Shown here: positions 13,201 through 26,432 of the stretch, piece by piece
Numbering within the stretch: position 1 is the stretch's first letter
Layout of the letters: every line of letters starts with the position of its first letter
NCBI GenBank assembly: GCA_964187785.1
Contig: OZ076409.1
Coordinates: 92,940,001 to 93,004,000, forward strand
Reading direction: 5' to 3'
Source of the DNA: Amphiscolops sp. MND2022
Taxonomy: Eukaryota
DNA length: 64,000 nt
Notes under the pieces: generated by a model
Told to the model about the DNA's origin: nothing
The model's input: only the letters and a program-made list of their open reading frames with translations
Databases searched by the model: none
Program-made: the position numbers and the translations under genes

Positions 13201-15242
13201 ACACAACATTACAATCAGAAAATTATTCTACTCTTAAACAACCAACTCACAACACCTCACAGAAATCAGTTTCTGCAATAAATGTACAACCAAATTTACC
13301 ATCTCTCACACACTGTCAACATATCGTACCTTTTTATGATACATCATTTTTTAAGTACAAAAACTATTTTCAAGGTTTCTTCCTTCCCGATGATTACTCA
13401 TTAGACATGAAAACTTTTCAACAACAACAATCTCAAGATCCGGTTCTCAGAACTGTTTATTCTTGGTTATTAAACAATGAAAAACCCGAATTTGTAACAC
13501 CTCTTATCACTGGTACTCCATTTCTACATGTATATTACAAAAGATTTTCACAACTTTTCATTGACGAATCCACAAATCTTATTAGTCTGTATATTACAAA
13601 CCCCACTGTTAATAACCAATCCTCTACTCCAAATTTTGTAAAAGACACTATTCGTATATGCCTACCTTTCCGACTGTTTAAAACTGTCTTTAACAAACTT
13701 CATGAACACTCTCATATTGGTATGAAAATCACCTACAATACATTCAAACAATATTACTATATCCCATTCCTTGAAAAATGGCTTTCCATTTTCATACATG
13801 ACTGTATTGAATGTCAACGTAACAAACACTTCAATATGAAAATTCAAACTGCTCCTACACAATCATTTTCAGAACATGCTCCATCTTTCAACTATCGAAT
13901 TTCAATGGACACTAAAGGACCTATTAATCCTCCTTCTCACAACAAATCCTATATGCACGTGATAATTGACGCTTTTAGTCACTTTGTTGTTACAGTACCC
14001 ATCAAATCAAACAACGCAAAGACTGCTATTAAAACTCTCCTACACCATTGGATTATTAAATTTGGACCACCCATATATCTTGTCACTGATCGTGGATCAG
14101 AATATGTTAATAAAGAAATGGCACACCTTTGCACACTTATGGGAATTCGTCATTCTCCTCGAACAGCTTATTCTCCTTGGACACACGGCCTTGTTGAAGT
14201 ACAAAATAGAAATCTTGGTACCCATTTACGAATGTTCTTACATGATACACCTAAAGATTGGGCATTCCAAGTCCATATGTACGCTTATGCACATAACTCA
14301 CAACCACTTTCAGAACTCAACATTTCACCTCACGAAATTGTTTTCCACACTCGACCCAGAATACCCCTTACATTTGATTTGAACCTTAACCGAGACACCT
14401 CTAAAACATGTTTTTCACGATATTGCTCTCAACTTCCAGCACACTCCCATTATGATAAATCCGATTTAAACCCATTTTTCTATAAAACACTTTCAAAACC
14501 CATTCCACATTGGTTTCTCGCTGTAGAAACTGCTATGTTACAAATTTATTCTACAGTATACGAAAACACTCTACGAAAAATCAATTCACACGCATATATT
14601 ACAAAAACTTACCATGAAGGTAAACCCCTTCCTATTGGTACCTTTGTTTCAAAACGCAATTTTACCCACGTTCACTTTTCTGACAAACTAAAACCCCTTC
14701 GGATTGGACCATATAAAATTCTTGACAGATTATCAGACGTCACATATGCACTACTTGCACAAGATGGCTCTACAGTACACGTCCACAGAAATCATTTAAT
14801 TCCATACTATCCAAAAGAACCACTCTTATATCCACACCTGCGTAGTTTTATGCGCTTTTCAGACACAACTCAATTTCAAATTCCACAACCTACCAGATAT
14901 GCAAACAGTGATTCTTCTCCTTTTAACTCTGACGAATCGTTGTCAGAAGAAGATTCCCAAACATTTGTAACACCATCATCATTTAGTACATCCAATCAGA
15001 ATACACCATCTATAACATCCAATGACAATTCTTTGACTCCCTCAACCAATGACAACTCCTTATATAGACATATAATTAATACCCCTCATACTATTATCTC
15101 TAATGACAGATCAAGACACTCATCTAATAACCAAACCACTTCACTTCCTCCTCTAATTGACAGAACCACAAAAACTACCTATAAACTACGACAACAACCC
15201 AAATTAGATTATAGACTTTTTATTACACCTTCACAACTGTAA
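7236..15242 (+). pseudogene. gag-pol: Gag-Pol polyprotein in a single frame with five in-frame TAA stops: long N-terminal extension, capsid, CCHC knuckle, RS-rich region, protease, RT, RNase H, integrase
   Basis: ORFs 7572, 9075, 9648 and 12219 share one frame that starts at ATG 7236. Stops at 7275, 8148, 8880, 9624 and 12165. Motifs: LTGTALSWY (gag), CSYCHRTNHSISAC, LLDSGAS, YIDDILL, DAS..GLGAVL/RELL/TDHKPL/ADMLSR, H-H-C-C, MDTKGP/TDRGSEY/E, GPY. Confidence 0.93.
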
Positions 15243-15332
15243 TCTAGTCATTCTATCTGTTGGCTCACTCAAAACTAGTCACTCCGGTTGAATGCATGAA
15301 ATATAACCCATAACAAGTTATCTCAAAGATAA

Positions 15333-16544
15333 CCTGTTGAAAACACTTCAACAACCCTGGATTCTTCCTCTGATATATCTCCATCAGCTCCAAGTATTCC
15401 TTCCCCACCTGAATCTTCAGTATCTAGCACCACAAACTCTAGTAATGTAACTCCTACTACTCCTTCTAAAAGACCAAGATCATACATCTCTGAAACCACC
15501 TCTTCTTCACTTCTTCACAGACCACCTATAACCGAAATTCCTATAAACACTCGTCCCCAACAAACTCCTATTAACACTCCTATTATACACATACCAAACC
15601 CTGAAAGTGTTGAACAATACGTAACATACAAACATCCTACAGCTATCAAAAGTGTTAGACTCCAACCTCAACTTAATCTTGTTCAAATCCCTGATACTGA
15701 ATATACGAAACTACCTCCACTAAAATTACCTTCAGAACTTAGCACTACTCCTTCAAAACTTTATCCACCATTAAAACCTCTTCGAAAACCCTCTACATCA
15801 CTCTCGAATCTCTTAGACAATAATACTTCTGACTACGCTCCATCACAAGACACAAGCTCACTTTTTGTACCTAAACATAGATATAATCTTCGTGACCTTC
15901 CTTCACGTAGACTTAGTACAGACACTCCAACACTCAATTTTTCCGCTCTGTCTAGCAATTCTGCATTACGACTTGTAAGACAACACGCTCAACCATTGTC
16001 CTCTGACACACCATCTTCAGAACTCTTTCAATCTCCTTATTTTACTTCTGGTTTTGAAACCGCTTCATTACTCTCATCTAACCCACAGACTGCATTTCTA
16101 TCAGGAGATCTCTTTTCACAAGTAGTAATCCCTACTCCTGTTCCTGCACATATTAGACTGCCCGAATACTATACTGCAGAACACTCTAGACCTCCAACTC
16201 CAAATTTTGCTGACTATCCACTTAGAGTCGATGGTATAACCATCTACGACCCACAAAACGATCCCCGATTTCCAATTCTTGCAGAACGTTTTATTAACAA
16301 CAACGACCTCTTATCTCACAAACGCAAAGAAACAGAACTAAAACGTCTCCAGACATCAAATCTAGAACTTAAATTTGAAGTCAAAGTTAAATTTCAAGGA
16401 TTAAATCCACACCCAATATTTCACGTTTCTAAGATAGAACATAAAACTTCTCCTGCTCCTTTTGAAGTGATACATATTGAATTTGAACGCGATCTTGATA
16501 TACCCACTATCACATATGGCAACATTGTCTTCTGTAACCCATAA
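15333..16544 (+). CDS. Accessory ORF2: Ser/Pro/Thr-rich, about 400 open codons with no ATG; carries PSAP and LYPPL motifs
   Basis: The frame is open from 15333 to TAA 16544 (the track shows only 15996-16544). The upstream TAA at 15330 may be a decay mutation. Confidence 0.65.
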   Translation, partial: PVENTSTTLDSSSDISPSAPSIPSPPESSVSSTTNSSNVTPTTPSKRPRSYISETTSSSLLHRPPITEIPINTRPQQTPINTPIIHIPNPESVEQYVTYKHPTAIKSVRLQPQLNLVQIPDTEYTKLPPLKLPSELSTTPSKLYPPLKPLRKPSTSLSNLLDNNTSDYAPSQDTSSLFVPKHRYNLRDLPSRRLSTDTPTLNFSALSSNSALRLVRQHAQPLSSDTPSSELFQSPYFTSGFETASLLSSNPQTAFLSGDLFSQVVIPTPVPAHIRLPEYYTAEHSRPPTPNFADYPLRVDGITIYDPQNDPRFPILAERFINNNDLLSHKRKETELKRLQTSNLELKFEVKVKFQGLNPHPIFHVSKIEHKTSPAPFEVIHIEFERDLDIPTITYGNIVFCNP

Positions 16545-19222
16545 TCCGGTCTCAAATATACAACATCTTTTTATACCCTACATAACCTTTTACATAACAA
16601 CTCTAATTCTTTATTTACATTTATTTAACTCTACCTTTTCCATACCTATAACACCCTCTGACACAGAAAACTATCTTCCATCGGATGACCCGAATATTAC
16701 AAATCTCATGGTTTCTCATTATGACTGTGCAAAACAACACAATCTGAGACAATTTAATTTACTCAATGTAAAACAATGCACTGAAGCTCCTTCTGACATT
16801 AAACATGCATGTGTTAAAGCCCGTGTATATGTCCGAGCAAAAGCTAAACGCATCAAAGCTTTCAAATGTATTGCTTATGCAAAAAAGGAAAGAAAATATC
16901 CTTTCAAGGTTCCGTTAAGTACCGTCGTGTTGATAGAACCGTATGGAATCATAATACATTACCGCTCCCTGTTACTCATGATCCGGTAGAATGTAAAAAC
17001 ATTATAAGACATTTAAATGGTACAAATGATAAAATATTGAACAACCTTCACTACAACAAAACATTCACACTCTTTGAAGATCATTATTTTCAAGAACGTT
17101 TAGAACAATATCAAACTCCTTTCACTGTATATCAACTGAACAAAATGTATACAGGTACGTTTACATTTATGCCTGCTGATAAAAACTGGATATATGACCC
17201 CACAAAAAACCCTTATCATAACTGTCCTGCTCATCATCAATTCGAAGTCAACTTAGTTAGTTGGCGACTAGAAATTTCTGAAGTAGAACTTACATATGAT
17301 GACACATCAAATGACATGATAATTGATGGACATACATTACCCTGCTACTTTGCAGATGGCTTCTGTAAACCCACTACAAAAACTCCTTTTACTCTTGTTT
17401 GGTTTAATGATGATTATTGTCTAATTTTTACCCTACAAGACTTTATTGGACGTATGACTAAAATTGAAGATAGATATTGGATTGAAACAGACTCTGTTGT
17501 ACATTCTCCACATCCAATAAAATCTAAAACAGCTTCTGGCATAAAAGGTACAGAACACCCCTATGTTTATGCCCCTCATACACAACACCCAAATAATCCA
17601 AGTCTTTCAAGATTTGAAGTTTTCCCTACAGCACAAAACTTCTGTGGTAAACCAGACCCTCTTTATTCTACACAATATTCAGACCTTTTTGTTACATACA
17701 CTGATGGTTTCAATATGCATACAGGACAACCTAATCCTCATTCCATGATTGATGAAATATTTCTGGTAAAATAGTATTGGACACTTCAAATAACAAATTT
17801 GTATTTCCTGCATTAAATGTATCAAACAATTTTGCTACCATTGATTATGATGCACATATAAACACCAGAATCGATTATACTTTAAATCATGTCTTCCGAT
17901 CAATGACAGTACAAGAACTAAATACTCTTCATACAATATGTGAACTAGAACGAAATCAACTCCTTACAATACTCGCAATGTCAGTACAAAACCCTCAACT
18001 TGCTGGTTTCCTTTTAACCGGTAATAGAAGTAACTTCTTATACGTTGAAGGCTCAACCGCCTGGCTTTATGACTGTCCTCATTTTTTATCTCCTTTATAC
18101 AAAGCAGACAGATGCTTTGACCGTATACCCATACATTTTAAAGATACCTTAATGTACGTTGATCCTATTACAAGACAAACTTATGATTATGCTACACCAA
18201 TTACATGTGATAATAATCCACGTAACATTATTGAACTAGACCCTGATTCAGACGATCAAGACTTTTACATTCTTGGACCTGAACCTATCAAACGCAAACC
18301 TCCACTAATGTTTACACCCTCACAAATCAAAACTACAATACGCCCTAATACTTTTACAGCCCAAGACGCTGGTATATATTCAAATGCAGAACTTGATCAA
18401 TTTTGGAACCGTATTTTATTTTCTAAACATTCTGATTCTACACTCCAATTACTAGGCAAAGCTCTTAGTTATTCATTCATTTCATCTAATACTCCAAATT
18501 ACGATGCAGATTCCCCTCAAGACTCTGGTAATCCTTACAATACATTACGCATAGGACTCCATGATAAACTTTTGAATTTAACTCCTCTTTTTACACCTAC
18601 ATGGTTTTCAGATGCTTTTATTGCACTTTTTGGATACCCTTGTTACATTCTCACACAATGTGGTATATACTTTTCTACATTTTTTTTCGAACAAGCTACT
18701 CTTACACTCATTGTAAAACTGTACAAAACAATATCTATTAAATATAATCTCAAAAATAATATTACTTTACTTGGTTCTATAGCACATGGTTTTTTTAATG
18801 TTCTTACAGCACGAATGGTCAGTGACCTCCATGAGACTCAAAACAGAAAACCCAAAAGTACACTTTCCAAATCCAAATCTTTAGATAATTTTATTGACAC
18901 TTCTCCAAATTTAATTAACCATTCTACAGATGTTACTTCCCCTCCACCTTTCTATACTAAACGACCTAACAAAATTCAATTTCCTAAATTTAACTTCTTT
19001 CCGAAACGACACCACAATTCTCACCATAAAACGACTCCACTTCCTTTTTCTCCTGTTCAACATCCTACACTTCCTAATTATACTCATAAAAACTTTCACT
19101 CGAATGACAATTTAACTACTCAACATGACACTTTAATTAACAACCCTGTCACTTCTACTACGGATACACCAATTAAAATTTATTCGCGGATAAACTATCC
19201 TGTTCCTCCTCCATCTTCTTGA
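16516..19222 (+). pseudogene. env: Envelope glycoprotein, chuvirus-G/herpes-gB-like class III fusogen (~900 aa reconstructed, two frameshifts)
   Basis: N-terminal hydrophobic signal; HYDC..FNLLNV.QC; CELERNQLL..LA...P..AG...EG..AWLYDC...C..RIPI.....YVDPITR....C; C-terminal TM; many N-x-S/T sites. 1-nt deletions near 16895 and 17757 join ORFs 16477, 16866 and 17777. Confidence 0.75.
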
Positions 19223-19485
19223 ACACTCTCTCAGTTTTTCTCTAACTCTCTTTCAGTACACTTGCCTACTATTTCTTCAGAATTGCTACTCCTCCACCAC
19301 TCGAAACTCTTGCAGAAGTTCATCTTCCTCAGCCCAATAATACTTCTCTCATAATAACCGTCTTCAAAAACTCTTCAACTAAAGTTGACAAATCCACTCG
19401 TTAGTGTAATTTATAGTACTTTAACTTTAAAGTGCTAAGGCCTCTTGGAATAGATAACACTGTGATTGTTGATGTTTTTAAAACA

Positions 19486-20814
19486 ATGACACAAGCACAA
19501 ATTGACCTACAAACACAGCTTGAACAAGCAACCCCAACAGATCTAATAACTAGACCTCTTTCAAATGATTCTCCTGTTCTCTATATTGAGACTTCAGAAC
19601 AAACACCTCCAACTTTCCTTGAACCAATGGAACACACAAAAGTTGAAAATGAAAATCCAAAACCTACTCCTCCACAAGATGATAATGATCATACACAATC
19701 GACACCACCTCCTCCCAAAAAGCGATATGAAATAATGAAAGATCCAACCTTTCTTTCATCACCAATATATCCTCCTTCAATACCTTCAAAAATTTCACTT
19801 TGCACAAATCGCGATGATCATTTGATCTCAATTCTTTCTACTGACGATTTCGTCTTCAAAGCACAACTAACTTCTCTATATATGCATCCTACTGACTATT
19901 CATTTCGCTTATATGACAAAAATCAAGACTTCTTCACATCCATTGCTTCCAAAATAATGGGTCCATACCAATATTGGCTCGAGAATGGAGTTAAAATTTT
20001 CTCTCTCCAATTCAATTTTCTTCGACCTTCTATATACGATCTCAAAACAGATGAATCTGATCCATCCTTTCTCTCTATAGCACAAAAAGCTACTCATCAT
20101 CAGACATATACTAAATTTCTACAATACACGAAACCACAAAATCACATTTTTGTCAATTACAAATATACATCACCGTTCACAATGACAAATATGTACACTC
20201 TGGACCACTCCTGTATAACAGGCTTTCTTCGGAACTATGACCCTATAAAGCAATACTTCTGTTTGCTTCCATATAACAATACTTCACGTCCACTTATTGT
20301 ACCTCAAGAATATCTCATACATTACGATGATTTTTTGTTGCCTTGCAACATTCCTACTCAAATTGCAAAACCTCTAACTGTTATTAAACACCTCGTTTCT
20401 TCTCCACTTGACGATAAAGATAGAACATACTATACAGCACTCTACAAACAAACGTATTCCTACAATGAACTTCTCTTTATCTCTGCCAAAACTATCTCTT
20501 TCATGGTACAAGCTGAACAAAAAACTGAACATAAATCACACGCTTCACCTATAAAAAACGCTCCTGACAAACTTTCCTCTGTATTAAACAACCGAACATT
20601 TCGCGACATAACAAATTTACTTGAACCCTACAAACGAAACTCCTCTGAAACACCTATCACAACACTCACACATATACTACACTGTTATGACAGAACACAC
20701 AAACTCCTTCAAACACTCGATTTAGACTCTCAACGCATCACTCAATCATCCCAAGCAATCCAATCTGCTTTGGAAACTATAACTACTCTTTTTAACTTAA
20801 CTAATCTTCATTAA
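19486..20814 (+). CDS. Accessory ORF4 of the retroelement, unknown function (442 aa from ATG)
   Basis: Long intact ORF downstream of env with a Pro-rich N-terminus and a PPPPKKR NLS-like motif; conserved in copy B. Confidence 0.7.
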   Translation: MTQAQIDLQTQLEQATPTDLITRPLSNDSPVLYIETSEQTPPTFLEPMEHTKVENENPKPTPPQDDNDHTQSTPPPPKKRYEIMKDPTFLSSPIYPPSIPSKISLCTNRDDHLISILSTDDFVFKAQLTSLYMHPTDYSFRLYDKNQDFFTSIASKIMGPYQYWLENGVKIFSLQFNFLRPSIYDLKTDESDPSFLSIAQKATHHQTYTKFLQYTKPQNHIFVNYKYTSPFTMTNMYTLDHSCITGFLRNYDPIKQYFCLLPYNNTSRPLIVPQEYLIHYDDFLLPCNIPTQIAKPLTVIKHLVSSPLDDKDRTYYTALYKQTYSYNELLFISAKTISFMVQAEQKTEHKSHASPIKNAPDKLSSVLNNRTFRDITNLLEPYKRNSSETPITTLTHILHCYDRTHKLLQTLDLDSQRITQSSQAIQSALETITTLFNLTNLH

Positions 20815-21231
20815 CATCTTCTACAGGTAATATAAAGTTCTTACTTTTTCTTCTATGGTACACTCTATGATACATCTGTGACACATCCTTCAAGGTATTT
20901 TCATTTTTACCTACTTCTTTAAAGTAAATTCTTGCTTTTGAATGAAATCTCAGGACTGTTTTTTAAGTACACTAATTTTTCTACAGTACATGTCAAAAAA
21001 CTAACTATTTCTACTAAAAACACTACAATACAAGACATACAAGACAATATAGCACAACACTACATATGATAAATTAAAGCACCCAATTTTGTTGTACATC
21101 TTTGACTCGATATTGTCATTCTTCTTACACTTCCTTTGTTTTAGAAACATCCATTCTTCTTCCTCCTCCTTCCATTTTCTTTCAGAACATCTCTACTTCT
21201 CCTTTTTCGTCTTCCACAAAACTCTCTCGTC

Positions 21232-21684
21232 ATGGCCCCCAACGCTGAAATACAAGATATAATTACAATGACTTCCAGCCATTCAAAAGTTCATAGCCTA
21301 AAAGCAGCTATTTTCCACACAATGGCCTACAAACTTTCCCTGGAAATAAACAACAATAAATCAACACCAAAATCTCTTATCGCCTTTCTGAAAGTCTTCT
21401 ATAATGTCACCCAAATCAAAAAGAAGCACATTACATTTGAACAATATTCAAGGCTTCATGTTGCCGGACCAAAAATTGCCATTTGTGAAACGGCTTCTAA
21501 TGTCGTTTTTGTGTTAAACTCGGCGTTCACGTCTAAAGACCAATACTTTCAAGCTGCCCTTCACGAAGCCACCAATGCATTCAATGAGATGCTTCATAGT
21601 TTTGGATATACCCAAAAACTCGAACACTATGATCCTCACCAACATCAGGCACACCCACCTCAACAACATCCTCTCTACAACTAA
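21232..21684 (+). CDS. Accessory ORF5 of the retroelement, unknown function (150 aa)
   Basis: ATG-initiated (GTCATGG context) intact ORF, preceded by pyrimidine tract/AG motifs. Confidence 0.6.
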   Translation: MAPNAEIQDIITMTSSHSKVHSLKAAIFHTMAYKLSLEINNNKSTPKSLIAFLKVFYNVTQIKKKHITFEQYSRLHVAGPKIAICETASNVVFVLNSAFTSKDQYFQAALHEATNAFNEMLHSFGYTQKLEHYDPHQHQAHPPQQHPLYN

Positions 21685-22060
21685 ACCAATATTCTACTTA
21701 CTTCATCACTCTTCAACTCCATCTCTTCTTGAATCCGTCATTCTTCCTCAATGATGTTTGAGATGTAGCTGTCGCTCACTCCTTCAAAGAACTCCTACAC
21801 ATGCTGAAACTCTTCACTCCACCCACACACGATGGTCAACAACATCCATCTCTATCTTGGGTTCATCGACGTTGCCAACCTTTGTCCTCGTCACTGGTCT
21901 TCACACCTCAACTGCTGACTTCTGACTGGTCTTCATACTCCAATGGCCAATACAAATTTCAAACTGAACTGTATAATCACTTTTAACCAATATAACTTGT
22001 AACTTATTTTAATCAAATTATAACTTTAATACAGTCTAGTGCTATATACTCTTATCTAAT

Positions 22061-25000
22061 ACGTCTAAAACCCAAATCTTCAAAAATTGCACACTTTCCG
22101 ATTAAAAATTATCATAATCTTCATTTTACAACTACACCACAGAACCACTTCTTTCCTTCAGTACCTCATACCTATTTTGCTACCAAATTCCGTTCAAATT
22201 TCAATTTCATTGAAGTATTCACAGACGACAAGCCAGATATTTGTGCAACTATTATTCAGAACACTTCAACACATATTGCAACCCTACCTACAGTACATAT
22301 TGGATACATTGAAGTTCCAATTACTAATGAAAAACCTAAATTCTTCCAAGTCAACGACATTAATACTTTAATACACAATGTTACCCATACTTATCATCCT
22401 GATATTACTGAACCACTTCCACAGACCAATTATATTGTACAATATGATGATCCTACAACCCCTCCTCCACAATTCTCTCTACATCAAATTTATATGACAA
22501 ATAACGACATTCCAAACCAAACTTCTCCTTTATATAACGTTCAGCCTACTTCTCATACTTCCAAATGCTCAAGACTTAAACCAAATGCTCAACTTATGAC
22601 ACAACGTCCTTCCAAAGTCCCTATTCACTACCGAGACAAACTTAATGTACTTCTTAAAGAACTCGAAAAATATAACATTATCAAACAAATTGGTTCTTCT
22701 CCTCAAGACAAACCCGTTTATGGCACAACTTATTTAAATCCTCTTATTATAATCCCCAAGGGAGACACAATAAAATGTGTATTAGACGCTCGACATCTTA
22801 ACTCCAATACAGAACAATCTGATGAATCTTGGCCTATTGAACCTCTTGCTCCACAACTAGCACGCGCAAACAAAAAGTACAAATCTGCTATTGACCTTAT
22901 GTATGCCTATGCACATACACCTCTTGACGAAGATACTATAAAACTTACTAGTTTCTCCTCCGGAGACAAACTTTTCGCTTTTATCCGAGGCTTTTATGGT
23001 CTCAAAGGACTACCAAACTTCTTTACAAAACAAATGTCTACTTTCTTTAAAACTCTTATAGAACAAGGTTTCGCTCTTGTCTACATTGACGATATATTAC
23101 TTTTATCTGATTCTAAAGAACACATGTTTCAACTCATAGAACAATTACACATTATTAGTACAAAAAATAATCTTAAACTAGCCCCTGAAAAATCCTTTTT
23201 CATGCTTCTTAAAGTCAAATTCCTTGGACATGAAATTGGTTACAATACAATTAAACCAATCCAATAAAAAATTGCAGCTTTTCATAAGATCCCTTCTCCA
23301 ACTGGCAAAGTTGCCCTAATGAGTTTCATTGGCGCACTCAATTTTTACACCAAATTTATTGAAAAACTACATTTTAACCTCAAACCGTTTTACGATCTTT
23401 TACATGAAAACACTCCTTGGAAATGGACAGACGAACACGAAAGTCTATTCCAAAAACTTAAATTGTCTCTCACTTCTGAAACAGAATTAACAATACCAAA
23501 TACAAAACATCCATTTTTCATTACAGTTGACGCTTCCCTTATTGGATTAGGCGCTGTCTTATTCCAATTAAATGAACAAAACAAAATGAAAGTCATATCG
23601 TACAACTCTCGTATACTTAATCCACAAGAACAAAAACTCTCCACACTTGATAGAGAACTTCTTGGTATAGTACACGCACTTCAAATCTATGAATTTCTCA
23701 TCATAGGTTCTCCCCATTCAATACATATTTTTATTGATCACAAACCTTTATTACATTGTTTTACAAAGAAAGGTAATCTCAGTCCTCGTTTCTATAGAGC
23801 TCAAATGCAACTGACAAAATTTTCAAAACTCAGAATAATTCACACTCCTGGAAAAAATCTCTCTGTTGCCGATATGTTGAGTCGCTCATTCACAAAAGCT
23901 GAATTACAACTTAACCAATTAAAACATAAACACCTCCCACCACAAATCGATTTTGCACTTTTACAAGATAACACTCTCAAACCTGTACATTACTTAATAA
24001 AACATGAAGAAATTTTACCTCATCAAAAACATGACTCTCATCCAATTCTTGCTGATTATGGTACAGATCAATTCTCTATTCGTATCAATGATAAAGGAAA
24101 TGACATTGTTGTCAAACCGTTACAATCCTTCTCATTCAAATCCATAACTCCTTTCCAAACTAAGTTCAGGACACCTACCAAAAAGAACAACAAAACCCTT
24201 CATCAACAATCTCTCTTACTTAATGATACTGACGTTACAAGTGATGACGAAGATCATATTCACACCAGAATTCCAAAATCTAACTCTTCCTTCTTACAAG
24301 ACACAACATTACAATCAGAAAATTATTCTACTCTTAAACAACCAACTCACAACACCTCACAGAAATCAGTTTCTGCAATAAATGTACAACCAAATTTACC
24401 ATCTCTCACACACTGTCAACATATCGTACCTTTTTATGATACATCATTTTTTAAGTACAAAAACTATTTTCAAGGTTTCTTCCTTCCCGATGATTACTCA
24501 TTAGACATAAAAACTTTTCAACAACAACAATCTCAAGATCCGGTTCTCAGAACTGTTTATTCTTGGTTATTAAACAATGAAAAACCCGAATTTGTAACAC
24601 CTCTTATCACTGGTACTCCATTTCTACATGTATATTACAAAAGATTTTCACAACTTTTCATTGACGAATCCACAAATCTTATTAGTCTGTATATTACAAA
24701 CCCCACTGTTAATAACCAATCCTCTACTCCAAATTTTGTAAAAGACACTATTCGTATATGCCTACCTTTCCGACTGTTTAAAACTGTCTTTAACAAACTT
24801 CATGAACACTCTCATATTGGTATGAAAATCACCTACAATACATTCAAACAATATTACTATATCCCATTCCTTGAAAAATGGCTTTCCATTTTCATACATG
24901 ACTGTATTGAATGTCAACGTAACAAACACTTCAATATGAAAATTCAAACTGCTCCTACACAATCATTTTCAGAACATGCTCCATCTTTCAACTATCGAAT

Positions 25001-26342
25001 TTCAATGGACACTAAAGGACCTATTAATCCTCCTTCTCACAACAAATCCTATATGCACGTGATAATTGACGCTTTTAGTCACTTTGTTGTTACAGTACCC
25101 ATCAAATCAAACAACGCAAAGACTGCTATTAAAACTCTCCTACACCATTGGATTATTAAATTTGGACCACCCATATATCTTGTCACTGATCGTGGATCAG
25201 AATATGTTAATAAAGAAATGGCACACCTTTGCACACTTATGGGAATTCGTCATTCTCCTCGAACAGCTTATTCTCCTTGGACACACGGCCTTGTTGAAGT
25301 ACAAAATAGAAATCTTGGTACCCATTTACGAATGTTCTTACACGATACACCTAAAGATTGGGCATTCCAAGTCCATATGTACGCTTATGCACATAACTCA
25401 CAACCACTTTCAGAACTCAACATTTCACCTCACGAAATTGTTTTCCACACTCGACCCAGAATACCCCTTACATTTGATTTGAACCTTAACCGAGACACCT
25501 CTAAAACATGTTTTTCACGATATTGCTCTCAACTTCCAGCACACTCCCATTATGATAAATCCGATTTAAACCCATTTTTCTATAAAACACTTTCAAAACC
25601 CATTCCACATTGGTTTCTCGCTGTAGAAACTGCTATGTTACAAATTTATTCTACAGTATACGAAAACACTCTACGAAAAATCAATTCACACGCATATATT
25701 ACAAAAACTTACCATGAAGGTAAACCCCTTCCTATTGGTACCTTTGTTTTAAAACGCAATTTTACCCACGTTCACTTTTCTGACAAACTAAAACCCCTTC
25801 GGATTGGACCATATAAAATTCTTGACAGATTATCAGACGTCACATATGCACTACTTGCACAAGATGGCTCTACAGTACACGTCCACAGAAATCATTTAAT
25901 TCCATACTATCCAAAAGAACCACTCTTATATCCACACCTGCGTAGTTTTATGCGCTTTTCAGACACAACTCAATTTCAAATTCCACAACCTACCAGATAT
26001 GCAAACAGTGATTCTTCTCCTTTTAACTCTGACGAATCGTTGTCAGAAGAAGATTCCCAAACATTTGTAACACCATCATCATTTAGTACATCCAATCAGA
26101 ATACACCATCTATAACATCCAATGACAATTCTTTGACTCCCTCAACCAATGACAACTCCTTATATAGACATATAATTAATACCCCTCATACTATTATCTC
26201 TAATGACAGATCAAGACACTCATCTAATAACCAAACCACTTCACTTCCTCCTCTAATTGACAGAACCACAAAAACTACCTATAAACTACGACAACAACCC
26301 AAATTAGATTATAGACTTTTTATTACACCTTCACAACTGTAA
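22061..26342 (+). pseudogene. pol: 5'-truncated duplicate pol (RT, RNase H, integrase)
   Basis: ORFs 22494-23267 and 23319-26342, with the same TAA (23265) as copy A. Confidence 0.92.
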
Positions 26343-26432
26343 TCTAGTCATTCTATCTGTTGGCTCACTCAAAACTAGTCACTCCGGTTGAATGCATGAA
26401 ATATAACCCATAACAAGTTATCTCAAAGATAA

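Larger units (their letters stand above)
10961..22060 (+). repeat. Tandem duplication unit A (11,100 bp)
   Basis: Sequence repeats at offset 11100 (11099 after a 1-bp deletion near 29785). 3-bp AAT microhomology at the junction. Confidence 0.97.

Noticed and set aside
9895..14382. Alternative-frame ORFs overlapping gag-pol (9895, 10987, 13966, 12290, 13662)
   Set aside because: Expected by-products of the biased codon composition; no independent evidence.
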